From contig CADBBK010000004.1 of NCBI GenBank assembly GCA_902792895.1, positions 60,464 through 124,463 on the forward strand: a stretch of DNA of 64,000 nucleotides. The letters are read 5' to 3'. Made by a program: the position numbers and the translations under genes. The DNA is from an uncultured Bacteroidales bacterium. GTDB taxonomy: Bacteria; Bacteroidota; Bacteroidia; Bacteroidales; Muribaculaceae. The notes beneath the pieces are model-generated. The model ran no database searches. It was not told the DNA's origin and saw only the letters and a program-made list of their open reading frames with translations. This document shows positions 10,110-20,306 of the stretch, in pieces (within the stretch, counting starts at the first letter, position 1; every line of letters starts with the position of its first letter).

Positions 10110-10925
10110 TTACATTGCAGGTGCAGGCATCAGCTGCGAGAGCGCGATGGCCACCAGGCCGGCGAAGATACAGTATACGCCGAACCACACCAGTTTACCG
10201 CGCTTGACGATGTTGATCATCCACTTGCAGGCCAGACAGCCAGCGATAAACGCGGCGATGAAGCCTACAATCAGCGGCAGCGCTTCGATGCTGCCATAGG
10301 CCTCTTCGCCCTTGACCATCTTGAGCACATCGAGCAGAGCCTCGCCCAGGATGGGAGGGATAACCATCAGGAACGAGAACTGTGCCAGCGACTCCTTCTT
10401 GTTGCCCAGCAGCAGTCCCGTGGCAATGGTGCTGCCCGAGCGCGACAGACCCGGCATCACGGCGCAAGCCTGGGCAATGCCGATGATGAGTGCGTCACGC
10501 CAGGAAATCCTGGACTTGGGGCGCGGCTTGGCATAATAGGAGAAAATGAGCAGGGCGGCGGTCACCAGCAGCATGCAGCCCACGATGAGCAATCCGCTGC
10601 CGAATATCTCCTCCACCGTATCCTTGAAGAACACCCCGACGATGCCGATGGGAATCATCGACACCAGGATGTTGAGGAAATAGCGCGTCTCGTCGTTCAT
10701 CTTGAATTTGAACAAACCCTTCAGAATCCAGTCAATCTCGCTCCACAACACGACAAAGGTGCTCAGCACCGTAGCCACATGAACCAGCACGGTGAATGCC
10801 AGATTGTCCTCACCATTTAACCCGAACAAATAACTGCCAATGGCCAGATGGCCACTGCTGCTCACGGGTAAATACTCGGTCAGACCCTGGACAATGCCCA
10901 GAATCAATGCCTCTAACCAACTCAT
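10110..10925 (-). CDS. uppP: Undecaprenyl-diphosphate phosphatase
   Basis: 271 aa, polytopic, with [14 protein letters not shown]. Confidence 0.95.
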   Translation of the reverse strand: MSWLEALILGIVQGLTEYLPVSSSGHLAIGSYLFGLNGEDNLAFTVLVHVATVLSTFVVLWSEIDWILKGLFKFKMNDETRYFLNILVSMIPIGIVGVFFKDTVEEIFGSGLLIVGCMLLVTAALLIFSYYAKPRPKSRISWRDALIIGIAQACAVMPGLSRSGSTIATGLLLGNKKESLAQFSFLMVIPPILGEALLDVLKMVKGEEAYGSIEALPLIVGFIAAFIAGCLACKWMINIVKRGKLVWFGVYCIFAGLVAIALSQLMPAPAM

Positions 10926-10930
10926 GATGA

Positions 10931-11233
10931 TTACTCCTTGTCTACGTTATCGTCGGTGGATTGATGCTTGTCCTTCTTGCGGTAAATAATGGCAAATGCC
11001 ATAAGTACAAAGCCCAATAAGGCAATGATGGGACCTGTCGTGATACGGCGAGTCTCAAAGATATCCTTGTTGAACGTGTCGCCCACATTGGCGCTACCGG
11101 CCATCAGCCAGAAGCCGATGATGATCAGCAGCAAACAGATGCCCATGAGGATGAAGTTGATCTTGCCAAGCGGATAGGACACCTTGCCCCCCGCATTGTT
11201 CTCGTTCTGTACTTTCTTTTCTTCTTTAGCCAT
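10931..11233 (-). CDS. DUF3098-type small membrane protein
   Basis: 100 aa with two TM helices. The position immediately upstream of uppP is what I recall as typical for Bacteroidota. Confidence 0.75.
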   Translation of the reverse strand: MAKEEKKVQNENNAGGKVSYPLGKINFILMGICLLLIIIGFWLMAGSANVGDTFNKDIFETRRITTGPIIALLGFVLMAFAIIYRKKDKHQSTDDNVDKE

Positions 11234-11323
11234 TACTACAGTTGTTTGTTTCTAGTCCCTAGTTTCTAGTATTTTGTGTTATCTGGGTTGGTATGCATGA
11301 GCGCATACCATCGCAATTTGATG

Positions 11324-11331
11324 CAAAAGTA
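11324..11331 (-). promoter_or_regulatory. -7 promoter box TACTTTTG for the DUF3098-uppP-truB-queA block
   Basis: The reverse complement of CAAAAGTA lies 91 nt upstream of the ATG at 11233. Confidence 0.4.
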
Positions 11332-11586
11332 CAACATTCAAGGGCCTTTGTCAATACTTTTAACCCATTTTTACAATCCAATCCCGATTTTGAGGATACG
11401 GACACTTTCATTTCATAACGACAATTTCCCCGATTATTGCAAAAACAGATTCAAAAATTTGATTAACAAAAAATTTAATCCAAATTTCAGAAAAATATTT
11501 GATTTGAATCATCGGGAATTATCTGAGAGTGGGAACTATTTCATTGATGACCAGCTATTTTACAACTGGTTAATGAATAGCTGACG

Positions 11587-12702
11587 TCAGGATTGCTCGA
11601 AGTCGGCGGCGACAAGTTTCAGGTTGTCGATGATGTCGATGTGCTGCGGGCACTGGGCCTCGCACTGGCCGCACTCGAGGCACTCGCTGGCTCGGCCGTG
11701 GTTCTTGGCGAGCAGGTCGTAATAGAGTTTGCTGTTGCTGCGCTGGTCCGAGAACTGCTGCGCCGCGTTATATAGGCTGAAGTACTCTGGGATGGCAATC
11801 TGCTGCGGACAGCCTTCACTGCAGTAATGGCAGGCCGTGCAAGGGATAGCGATAGACTCGCGGATTATCTCCTTGGCATGGGCGATAATTGCCTGCTCCT
11901 CATCGTTCAGGGGCTGGAAGTCCTGCATATATGAAGTGTTATCGTCCAACTGTTCCATGTTGCTCATGCCGCTCAGCACGGTCAGCACATTGGGCAACGA
12001 GGCACAGTAACGGATAGCCCATGAAGCGACACTGGCATCGGGGTTATAGTCCTTGAACAGGCGCTCTACCTGCTCGGGGACACGCGCCAGCGAACCTCCC
12101 TTGACAGGCTCCATCACAATGACGGGCTTACCGTGCTGGGTACACAAGTCATAGCACGTCTTGCTCTCGATGGCAGGACTGTCCCAGTCGAGGTAGTTGA
12201 TCTGCAACTGGACAAACTCGACCTCGGGGTGCTTTTCAAGGATTTGGGCCAGCAGTGCCGAGTCGTCGTGGAATGAGAACCCGATGTGACGGATACGGCC
12301 CTCGGCCTTCTTGCGGGCGATAAAGCCCCATCCGTCCAAGCGTTCCATCACCTCGACACGCTCGTAATTGAGGGCATGCAGCCAGTAGTAGTCAAAGTAC
12401 TCCACGCCGCAACGCTCCAACTGCTCGTTGAAGATGCGCTCCAGGTCAGCCTCCTCATTGATGGCCCACACGGGCATCTTGCTGGTGACCGTGAATGCTT
12501 CGCGGGGATAGCGTTTCACGACTGCCTCACGCAGAGCCTCCTCACTCTTGCCACCGTGATAAGGATAGGCGGTGTCAAAATAGGTGAAACCGCGCTCGAT
12601 GTACTTGTCGGCCATCTCTTTAAACTTCTCGATGTCAATGCTCGACTGGTCATCGGGGTTGACCAACGGGAGACGCATGAGTCCAAATCCAAGCTTTCTC
12701 AT
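11587..12702 (-). CDS. Aldo/keto reductase with a C-terminal 2x[4Fe-4S]-type Cys motif domain
   Basis: 371 aa. The AKR N-terminus reads GFGLMRLP...FDTAYPYHGGKSEE. The Cys motifs are CTACHYCSEGCP and CLECGQCEAQCP. Confidence 0.85.
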   Translation of the reverse strand: MRKLGFGLMRLPLVNPDDQSSIDIEKFKEMADKYIERGFTYFDTAYPYHGGKSEEALREAVVKRYPREAFTVTSKMPVWAINEEADLERIFNEQLERCGVEYFDYYWLHALNYERVEVMERLDGWGFIARKKAEGRIRHIGFSFHDDSALLAQILEKHPEVEFVQLQINYLDWDSPAIESKTCYDLCTQHGKPVIVMEPVKGGSLARVPEQVERLFKDYNPDASVASWAIRYCASLPNVLTVLSGMSNMEQLDDNTSYMQDFQPLNDEEQAIIAHAKEIIRESIAIPCTACHYCSEGCPQQIAIPEYFSLYNAAQQFSDQRSNSKLYYDLLAKNHGRASECLECGQCEAQCPQHIDIIDNLKLVAADFEQS

Positions 12703-12725
12703 TGTTATTTGTCGTTTAGAGATTC

Positions 12726-13748
12726 TTAATACTTGATTTTCAGTTGAGTGAACAGTTTCACGCCACGCAAGTAGTGGGCGGTGATGATGTTGACGCGTTC
12801 CTCGGGCAGCTGCTTGAGCAGGTTGACAGAAGGCTGGCTGGTGTAGCGCGAACGCATCTTGCGGTAGTCAAAGTGGGCGCGGATGATGGCCCACGCGTCA
12901 CCGAAGTGGAATTTGGCCACAGCCATGCCAAAGGCCAACGCGTCCATCAATCGGCGGACGATCAGCATCTTCTTGCCCTCGTTATGGGGCAGGTTCTTGT
13001 GCAACAGCAGCAGGTTGTTGCGGAAGTTTAGATACGTCTTCCTGGGGTTGCCTTTCGGCAGACTGCCACCGCCCAAATGATAGACATGACTCGACGGCAA
13101 CATCATCAAGTCGCTGCCAGCCAGACGGATGCGCCAGCACAAGTCGATTTCCTCCATGTGGGCAAAAAACTCCTTGTCAAGGCCTCCCACGTCCTGATAG
13201 AGCCGGCTGCGCACCATCAGACAGGCGCCCGTAGCCCAAAAGACGCTCTTGGGCCCGTCGTCATACTGGCCGTGGTCATCCTCGACGTACTCAAAGATGC
13301 GCCCCCTGCAATAGGGATAGCCGTGACAGTCGATATACCCGCCAGCAGCACCGGCATACTCAAACATCTCCCTGCCGTCCTCACGGTCATGCAGCAACTT
13401 GGGCATCACGGCACCCACCTCAGGATGGGCCTCCATATAGTCCAACAGCGGATTGAGCCAGCCCTGGGGCGTGCGCACATCGCTGTTCAACAACACCGTG
13501 TAGGGATACATCGTCTGCCCGATGGCAAGGTTATAGCCCTCGGCAAACCCGTAGTTTTTCTCAAAGGCCAGCACCTTGACCTCGGGGAACTCCTCACGGA
13601 GCACCTGCAGACTGTTGTCGGTGCTGCCGTTGTCGGCAACGATGATGTCGGCGACAGCGGCATCGGTGCCCGCGATGACCGTAGGCAGGTATCGCCGCAA
13701 CAACGCGGCCCCATTCCAGTTCAATATGATGACAGCAACCTGCTTCAT
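12726..13748 (-). CDS. Glycosyltransferase family 2
   Basis: 340 aa, with VAVIILNWNG...ADNGSTDNS at the N-terminus and a DxD-type region. Confidence 0.85.
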   Translation of the reverse strand: MKQVAVIILNWNGAALLRRYLPTVIAGTDAAVADIIVADNGSTDNSLQVLREEFPEVKVLAFEKNYGFAEGYNLAIGQTMYPYTVLLNSDVRTPQGWLNPLLDYMEAHPEVGAVMPKLLHDREDGREMFEYAGAAGGYIDCHGYPYCRGRIFEYVEDDHGQYDDGPKSVFWATGACLMVRSRLYQDVGGLDKEFFAHMEEIDLCWRIRLAGSDLMMLPSSHVYHLGGGSLPKGNPRKTYLNFRNNLLLLHKNLPHNEGKKMLIVRRLMDALAFGMAVAKFHFGDAWAIIRAHFDYRKMRSRYTSQPSVNLLKQLPEERVNIITAHYLRGVKLFTQLKIKY

Positions 13749-13820
13749 CGATATATCATTTTGTTTTCGATTCTCAAATAAGAATTTGTTATCGTTATTT
13801 CTATGCTAAATAGCTATTGA

Positions 13821-14822
13821 TCAGATAGATTCAAGCAGTTGTTTGAATTCTTCTTCAGTAGGCAGATACAATTTGTAGCGCGAAGCAAAAATCTGCTTTC
13901 CCTCGCTCAAAACAGAATATTTCACGATTGCCTCACTCTTTTGGGAACAAAGAATAATACCCAAAGTGGGATTATCATCCTCGTTGCGATAGAGTGCCTC
14001 AAACATGCGAATATAGCTGTCCATCTGCCCGACGTCTTCATGTGTCAACTTACCTAACTTCAAATCTATCAAAATATGGCATTTAAGTATGCTATGATAA
14101 AAAACTAAGTCAACATAGAAGTCTTCATCGCCATACCGCATCAGTTTCTGGCGTGCTACAAAGCAGAAACCACGCCCAAGTTCAAGAAGAAACTGTTGCA
14201 AATGGTCTATCAGAGCCTGTTCCAAGACATCCTCATGCAATGACGGGTAATCCTTCAGATTCAGGAATTCCAGCACAAACGGGTCTCGTATGAATTGCTG
14301 TGGCGCCATTTCCCTGATTTTCTCTTTGGCCTCACGTCTAACGGACTCTTTTTCTCTGCTTGCCAGCAACCGCTCATAATAAAGGGTGGATATTTGTCGA
14401 TCCAATTGCCGTGTACTCCAGACACCATCTGCGGCCTCATTCATGTACCACAACCGTGCCTGCTCATTCTCCACACTGATAAGACGGCGGTAGTGTGACC
14501 ATGTCAATTCGGGACGCAGTGTGTCCCGAATTTGGAAAGTGAGGTAGAATTGACGCATTTTGCGCAGTTCACGTTCGTCAAAACCTTTGCCAAAGTCGGA
14601 TGTCAAACGGGCGGCCAGGTCCTTCAGAACACCTTTACCGTAAGCGGCACGCACCTCACCATGCTGCTCATGTTCTACGATGGTCTGGCCTATCATCCAA
14701 TAGCTCTCAACCATCGTAAAGTTTATGGCATGATATGTACGCTTACGAGCATTTGCCAATATGACTCTTATATCGGCATACAACTGCTCTACGTCGTTCG
14801 GTATTCTCTCTATCTCACTCAT
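13821..14822 (-). CDS. PDDEXK-superfamily nuclease-like protein (DUF1016 / YhcG family)
   Basis: 333 aa and AT-rich. The N-terminal helical region reads SYWMIGQTIVEHEQ...LRKMRQFY. The C-terminus has DLVFYH...LIDLKLGKL, a D..(D/E)xK-like core. Confidence 0.8.
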   Translation of the reverse strand: MSEIERIPNDVEQLYADIRVILANARKRTYHAINFTMVESYWMIGQTIVEHEQHGEVRAAYGKGVLKDLAARLTSDFGKGFDERELRKMRQFYLTFQIRDTLRPELTWSHYRRLISVENEQARLWYMNEAADGVWSTRQLDRQISTLYYERLLASREKESVRREAKEKIREMAPQQFIRDPFVLEFLNLKDYPSLHEDVLEQALIDHLQQFLLELGRGFCFVARQKLMRYGDEDFYVDLVFYHSILKCHILIDLKLGKLTHEDVGQMDSYIRMFEALYRNEDDNPTLGIILCSQKSEAIVKYSVLSEGKQIFASRYKLYLPTEEEFKQLLESI

Positions 14823-14834
14823 GATAATTGGGCA

Positions 14835-16148
14835 TTATCTGTTGGTAACCACTTCGGCATCAACACTCAGGTCATCGTTGAGGGTGAGTAACTTGACATG
14901 GACAATCTGGTTGGCGAGGCTCATATCGGGCTGCACGTTCACGCGGATGTAGTTGTCGGTGAAGCCGTGCATCATGCCCTTGCCGCGCCCGTGCTCGAGC
15001 AGCACGGGGCGCACGGTGCCCAAGTAGCGCTGCGTGAAATCAGCCTGTTTCTTGTCGCTCAAGGCTATCATGCGCGAGGCACGCTCCTGCTTGTCGCGCT
15101 GGGTGACAATGTAGGGGATGCGCAGGGCCGATGTGCCGGGGCGCTCACTGTAGGGAAACACATGCAGGTGCTGCACGTCAAGTCCGCTGATGAAAGTGTA
15201 ACTGTCCTCGAACAACTCGGGCGTCTCTCCTCTGGTGCCCACCATCACGTCCACACCGATGAAGCAATCGGGCATCAACGCGCGGCACCGCTCCACCTTG
15301 TCGGCAAACAGTTGGCGGTCATAGTGGCGGCGCATCAGTTTCAGCACCGGGTCGCTGCCGCTCTGCAGCGGGATGTGGAAGTGGGGCATGAAGGCCCGTG
15401 AACGGGAGCACCAGTCGATGATTTCATCGGTCAGCAGGTCGGGTTCAATCGAGGAGATGCGGTAGCGCTCGATACCCTCGATTTCATCGAGCGATTTGAG
15501 CAAATCCAGGAAGTTTTCTCCAGTGTTCTTACCAAAGTCGCCGATGTTCACACCCGTGATGACGATTTCCTTGCCCCCGTCGGCAGCCACCTCACGGGCC
15601 TGCTCGACGAGTTGGGCGATGGTACCGCTGCGGCTGCGACCGCGCGCCGCGGGAATTGTGCAATAGCTGCACCAATAGTCACATCCGTCCTGCACCTTGA
15701 GCCAGTAACGGGTGCGGTCACCGCGGTCACACGAGGGCGAGAAGGTGCGGATGTCGAGCGAGGGAGTCACCGCCAACTGCCGCTGACGGTCGTCAAACCA
15801 CTGCAACACATAACTGGCGATTTCAGCCTTGTGCTCGCTGCCCAACACGATGTCCACACCGTCGATCTGGGCAATTTCCTTGCCCTGTAGCTGGGCGTAG
15901 CAACCCGTGACCACCATGAGCGCATCGGGATAACGGCGAATGAGGTGACGGATGTGCTGGCGGCACTTGCTGTCGGCCAGGGCGGTCACGCTACAAGTGT
16001 TCACCACGCACACGTCAGGCTCCTCGCCAGCAGCAACAGGCATTATGCCATGCTCGGCGAGCAGCGACTGCATCGTGGCGGTCTCCGAGAAGTTGAGTTT
16101 GCAGCCCAGCGTCTCGAGTTTTACCCTATGTCGAGGCTGTTGGCTCAT
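14835..16148 (-). CDS. mtaB: tRNA (t6A37) methylthiotransferase MtaB
   Basis: 437 aa, with the MTTase N-domain LGCKLNFSE, the radical-SAM motif CDYWCSYC and a TRAM C-terminus. Confidence 0.9.
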   Translation of the reverse strand: MSQQPRHRVKLETLGCKLNFSETATMQSLLAEHGIMPVAAGEEPDVCVVNTCSVTALADSKCRQHIRHLIRRYPDALMVVTGCYAQLQGKEIAQIDGVDIVLGSEHKAEIASYVLQWFDDRQRQLAVTPSLDIRTFSPSCDRGDRTRYWLKVQDGCDYWCSYCTIPAARGRSRSGTIAQLVEQAREVAADGGKEIVITGVNIGDFGKNTGENFLDLLKSLDEIEGIERYRISSIEPDLLTDEIIDWCSRSRAFMPHFHIPLQSGSDPVLKLMRRHYDRQLFADKVERCRALMPDCFIGVDVMVGTRGETPELFEDSYTFISGLDVQHLHVFPYSERPGTSALRIPYIVTQRDKQERASRMIALSDKKQADFTQRYLGTVRPVLLEHGRGKGMMHGFTDNYIRVNVQPDMSLANQIVHVKLLTLNDDLSVDAEVVTNR

Positions 16149-18532
16149 CGACGGCGAGGCTTGCCCGAACGGCGGGTTTTAGTTGTCTTGACTGTCTTAC
16201 CTCGGTTTTCCTTGGCCTGGCGGCGCGTGGTGTTACCACGTGCACCGCGCTGCTGGCGATGCGAGGCAGTTCCACCCTCATACTGTGCACGGCGGTGCTC
16301 CTCACGTGACAGGCGGGCGGTGCTACGGCTGTTCAACTCGGTGATAGGCTCCTTGTCGATGCGGTGGCTATTGGCAGGATTCTCCTTGTCCACGAGGACA
16401 AAGTCAAGTTGTTTCTTGATGAGGTCGGCGCGGGCCACCTGGATGCTGATGGGATCGCCCAGGCGATAGACCTTGCCGCGGCGGCGACCACGGATACAGT
16501 AGTTCTTTTCGTCAAACTCATAGAAGTCATCGTCCAGACCGCGGATGCCCACAAGACCCTCGCAGTGCGTTTCGTCGAGTTCGACATACAGGCCCCACTC
16601 GGTCACACCCGAGATGTGCCCCGTGAACACACCACCCAGGCGCTGGCCCATAAATTCCACCTCCTTGTACTTGATGGAGGCACGCTCGGCATTGGCAGCG
16701 AGTTGCTCCTGAGCACTCATGTGCTTGCATTGGTCCTCGAGCTTGACGGGATCAACGCTCTTCTCGCCGGCGGCATATTTGTCCAGCAGGCGATGAACGG
16801 TCAAGTCGGGATAGCGGCGGATGGGCGAGGTGAAGTGGGTGTAGTAGTCAAACGCCAGACCGTAGTGGCCGATGTTAGTGGCGCTATAGATAGCCTTGGC
16901 CATCGAACGAATCGCCAGGATGGCAAGCATCTCCTCCTCGGGTTTGCCCTTGGCCTGCTCCAGCATCTTGTTGATGGAGCGGTTGATGTCACGGCCGGAG
17001 CCTTTGGTGCGCACCTTGTAGCCAAAGTGGGCAGCAATGTCAGCGAAGTTCTGCAGCTTGTCGAGGTCGGGCTGGTCATGGATGCGGTAAACAAAACTCT
17101 TGGCGGTCCTGTTCTTGGGCACCTTGCCGATGTGCTCAGCCACCTTGCAGTTGGCCAGCAGCATGAACTCCTCGATGAGCTTGTTGGCATCCTGTGCCAC
17201 ATGGACGTGGACAGCTGTGGGCTTGCCGGTCTCATCGATGTCAAACTTGATTTCTTCGCGGTTGAACGACACCGAGCCGCCTTCCTCAAAGCGGCGCGTC
17301 CTCAACTTCTTGGCCATCTCGTTGAGCACGGCAAGTTCCTCGGCCAGGTCACCCTTGCCGGTCTCGAGGATGTGCTGGGCCTCTTCGTAGGAGAAGCGCC
17401 TGTTGCTGCGTGTCACCGTGTGGCAGATCTTGTATTTCTTCACCTTGGCTTCGGCATCCATCTCCAGGATGACCGAGTGGGTGAGTTTATCCTCATCGGG
17501 ACGCAACGAGCAGATGTTATTGCACAGTTTCTCGGGCAGCATGGGGATGGTGCGGTCCACCAGATAAACCGATGTGGCGCGCTCATAGGCCTCCTTGTCG
17601 ATGATGGAGCCCGGCGTCACATAGTGGCTCACGTCGGCGATGTGGACACCGATTTCCCAGTTGCCGTTCTTGAGTTTCTCGATAGAGAGGGCGTCATCAA
17701 AGTCCTTGGCATCGGCAGGGTCGATGGTGAACGTGGTCACGTCACGCATGTCGCGGCGGCGGGCAATCTCCTCAGGCGTGATGCCGTCATCCAGAGCCTC
17801 GGCAGCCTCGGTGACGTTTTCAGGATACTTGTAGGGCAAGCCGAATTCAGCCAGGATGGCATGAATCTCGGCATTGTTCTCACCAGCCACACCCAGCACG
17901 TCGACCACCTCGCCGATGGGTGAGTTGGCCTCCTCGGGCCATTCGACAATCTTGACGACAACCTTGTCGCCGGTCTTTCCGCCAGCGAGTCGGTCAAGCG
18001 GGATGAAGATGTCTGTGGCCAGGAACTTGCTGTCGGTAGCCAGCTGGGCGAAGTATTTCATCACCTGCAACGTGCCGACGAACACCTGCTCCTTGCGTTC
18101 CAGAATCTTCACGACCTCGGCCTCGGGTTCCATGCCATGGCGAGCAGCGCTGATGTGCACGAGCACGCGGTCACCATTCAGGGCATGCATCGAGTTGCGC
18201 TCGGCGACCATGATGGGCAGGCCGTCGTCGCTGGCAGTGTCCACGCTGTTCTTGCCGTTGCTGCGACGGATAAAGATGCCCTCAGCAACCGAAGAGCGGT
18301 TCACGGCCTTGTAGCTGCCAGGACCCACCTGAACAAGAAAGCCGTCGGCGGCCAGCTGCTCCAGAATCTCGACGATGAGGGTGCGGCGCCGAGGCGTGTT
18401 GGCGCCCACTGCTGCCGATACCTGCTTGTAGTTGAACGAAGCCTCGCCCTGCTCATTAAAGAAGTTAATCACACGGTCGTGATACTCACGACGCTCTTGC
18501 TTCATCGATTGTAATCCGCTCTTTTTTGCCAT
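16145..18532 (-). CDS. rnr: Ribonuclease R
   Basis: It has the RNB motif DPADAKDFDDALS, an S1 domain and a Lys/Arg-rich tail. I trimmed the start to MAKKSGLQ (ATG 18532), downstream of the -7 box. Its stop overlaps the mtaB start as ATGA at 16145-16148. Confidence 0.92.
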   Translation of the reverse strand: MAKKSGLQSMKQERREYHDRVINFFNEQGEASFNYKQVSAAVGANTPRRRTLIVEILEQLAADGFLVQVGPGSYKAVNRSSVAEGIFIRRSNGKNSVDTASDDGLPIMVAERNSMHALNGDRVLVHISAARHGMEPEAEVVKILERKEQVFVGTLQVMKYFAQLATDSKFLATDIFIPLDRLAGGKTGDKVVVKIVEWPEEANSPIGEVVDVLGVAGENNAEIHAILAEFGLPYKYPENVTEAAEALDDGITPEEIARRRDMRDVTTFTIDPADAKDFDDALSIEKLKNGNWEIGVHIADVSHYVTPGSIIDKEAYERATSVYLVDRTIPMLPEKLCNNICSLRPDEDKLTHSVILEMDAEAKVKKYKICHTVTRSNRRFSYEEAQHILETGKGDLAEELAVLNEMAKKLRTRRFEEGGSVSFNREEIKFDIDETGKPTAVHVHVAQDANKLIEEFMLLANCKVAEHIGKVPKNRTAKSFVYRIHDQPDLDKLQNFADIAAHFGYKVRTKGSGRDINRSINKMLEQAKGKPEEEMLAILAIRSMAKAIYSATNIGHYGLAFDYYTHFTSPIRRYPDLTVHRLLDKYAAGEKSVDPVKLEDQCKHMSAQEQLAANAERASIKYKEVEFMGQRLGGVFTGHISGVTEWGLYVELDETHCEGLVGIRGLDDDFYEFDEKNYCIRGRRRGKVYRLGDPISIQVARADLIKKQLDFVLVDKENPANSHRIDKEPITELNSRSTARLSREEHRRAQYEGGTASHRQQRGARGNTTRRQAKENRGKTVKTTKTRRSGKPRRR

Positions 18533-18573
18533 ATATCTTGTAGTTGTTTGCTGTTCTGAACTTGAATAACCTA

Positions 18574-18581
18574 CAAAGATA
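18574..18581 (-). promoter_or_regulatory. -7 promoter box TATCTTTG for rnr
   Basis: The reverse complement of CAAAGATA lies 42 nt upstream of the ATG at 18532. Confidence 0.5.
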
Positions 18582-18667
18582 ATGATTTTTACCAATATTC
18601 GCACTATGCCCTGCATTTTTTGAGAAAGTTTTACATTATTTGACAAGGCCAATCGCGGTTTTTTGCT

Positions 18668-18675
18668 TACCTTTG
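18668..18675 (+). promoter_or_regulatory. -7 promoter box TACCTTTG for the GH25 gene
   Basis: It lies 33 nt upstream of the ATG at 18708. Confidence 0.55.
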
Positions 18676-18707
18676 CAGCCAACTTTACTCCGAAAACATA
18701 ATTAGCA

Positions 18708-20225
18708 ATGGATTTTCACTACATGTACAAAACCACAATATACTCTCTACTCATCACCCTGGCTTTAGCACTCCTGCCCTGCGGGGGAGCCGCTATGCCA
18801 CAACATACCGACATCAACAAGCCTACCCGCGAACGCGTCAAGAAGGACGACAAGAAAGCTGACCAAGACAAGAAATCGGCCCAAAACAAGAACAACGATA
18901 CCAAGAAGGCTGATGACAAGAATAAAGGCAAGGATAAAAAGGACGACAAGAACGCCTCGGTCAAGGCCACAGTCAAGCCAGCTGCCAAACAGGAGGAGAC
19001 CGCCAAGCCAGCCCAGGACAACAAGCGGGATGTGAAACCCGCAGCCCAGCCCGATGAGAAAAAGGATGAGGCCAAGGTAGAGGAGAAAAAGACTACTCCT
19101 CCTCGTCCTGTCGACATGAACTTTGACGGCATTGACGTGTCCAAATACCAACTCACCATCAATTGGGAAGAAATCAAAAAGAATCCCAAGGTTCAATACG
19201 TGTACATCAAGGCTACCGAGGGCTGCGACCACACCGACCACCGCTATGAGGACAACATCCGCAATGCCCGCAAGCATGGCGTGAAAGTGGGCAGTTACCA
19301 CTACCTCACCAACCGCTCCAGCGCTACGGCACAATTCCAGAACTTCATCCGCACGGCACGCAAAGATGAACAGGACCTGATACCCTTCATCGACGTCGAG
19401 GAGTGCAGCAGGTGGACTTCACAGCAGCTCAGGGACAGTCTCAAAGTGTTTGCCGACCTGCTCGAGGACTATTACGGCTGCAAACCAATGATTTACACCT
19501 CCGAGAACTTCTTCAAGAAGCATCTGGGACGCGCCTTTAAGGACTATCCCCTGTTCATTGCCAAGTATAGCGCCACCGCTCCCAATATCGGCTATAATTG
19601 GGTCATGTGGCAATATTCCGACAAGGGGACGATTCCCGGCATCAAGAGCAATGTGGACCTGAGCCGCTTCAACAAGGGATACAGCATGAACGACCTCATC
19701 TACCGCCCAGGCAAAGCCAAATCAAAGCCCAGGGGCAGCGTCAAGGATGCCGTGGAACGCAAGGAGAAACCCACCAGCGTGGACATGAACTCCGGCAAGA
19801 CAAAGGCCGCTCCAGCACCATCCAAGCGGCAGAAAGAAGAGGAGAAGAAGAAAGCCGAAAAGGAAAAGAAAGAGCAAGAGCGGAAAAAGAAACTTGCCGA
19901 AGATGATGCCAAGAAAAAAGCCGACCAAGAGCGTAAAGCCCAGGCTAAAGCTGACCAGTTGAAGAAACAGCAGGCAAGGCAACAGGCTCGCGAAGAAGCC
20001 GCCAAGAGGGAGACCGAGGCCAAGGCTAAGCGTAAAGCCGAAGCCCAGAAAGCCCGCGAAGAGGCGGCCAAAAAGGAGGCTGCCAAGAAGGCTGCCGCCA
20101 AGAGCAACAAAAAGGCCGCCAGCACCCTCACCACCAAGATGAGCCAGGCCCAGCGCAACGACAGCATCCGTTCGGCACGCAACCAGGGCCACCGCACCAA
20201 CAAGAGCACGGCCGACAATGACTAG
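18708..20225 (+). CDS. GH25 muramidase lipoprotein flanked by Lys-rich low-complexity arms
   Basis: It has a lipobox-like LLPCGG and a GH25 core (DGIDVSKYQ...IKATEG...GSYHYL...WQYS). The N-arm reads KKDDKKADQDKK... and the C-terminal arm of ~170 aa is K/A/E-rich. Confidence 0.85.
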   Translation: MDFHYMYKTTIYSLLITLALALLPCGGAAMPQHTDINKPTRERVKKDDKKADQDKKSAQNKNNDTKKADDKNKGKDKKDDKNASVKATVKPAAKQEETAKPAQDNKRDVKPAAQPDEKKDEAKVEEKKTTPPRPVDMNFDGIDVSKYQLTINWEEIKKNPKVQYVYIKATEGCDHTDHRYEDNIRNARKHGVKVGSYHYLTNRSSATAQFQNFIRTARKDEQDLIPFIDVEECSRWTSQQLRDSLKVFADLLEDYYGCKPMIYTSENFFKKHLGRAFKDYPLFIAKYSATAPNIGYNWVMWQYSDKGTIPGIKSNVDLSRFNKGYSMNDLIYRPGKAKSKPRGSVKDAVERKEKPTSVDMNSGKTKAAPAPSKRQKEEEKKKAEKEKKEQERKKKLAEDDAKKKADQERKAQAKADQLKKQQARQQAREEAAKRETEAKAKRKAEAQKAREEAAKKEAAKKAAAKSNKKAASTLTTKMSQAQRNDSIRSARNQGHRTNKSTADND

Positions 20226-20306
20226 AGCCGTTATGTGAGAATAGTTGATTGCCGGGAATACACCGGCGATGACAAGACACCAACTATCAAGGACGCCAAC
20301 TGATCA

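Noticed and set aside
11276-11584. 102-aa + strand ORF in the 353-bp AT-rich spacer upstream of the DUF3098 gene
   Set aside because: The composition is N/F/K/I-rich as expected from AT-rich non-coding DNA. It has no promoter box and no recognisable domain, and the region holds the - strand operon promoter.
16364-17923. 519-aa + strand ORF antisense to rnr. Similar long antisense ORFs lie at 8086-8844, 36509-37453, 37546-38550, 40357-41478, 47764-48828, 51968-52897, 52901-53752 and 54338-55774.
   Set aside because: Each lies opposite a gene with clear family motifs, has biased Ala/Gly/Val/His/Arg composition and lacks a -7 box. I treat all of them as GC-driven shadow ORFs.
16145-18682. 50-aa N-terminal extension of RNase R. 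Similar upstream extensions affect aroA (21618), mutS (37522), the SIS gene (51298) and the orphan gene (59540).
   Set aside because: The extensions start at non-ATG codons or lie upstream of, or across, the TAnnTTTG -7 box. Family-typical N-termini begin at the internal ATGs.
19700-20218. Two ~160-170-aa - strand ORFs under the Lys-rich GH25 tail
   Set aside because: These are antisense readings of AAG/GCC/GAA repeats, giving Leu/Phe/Ala-rich pseudo-TM sequence. They are an artefact of low-complexity coding DNA.
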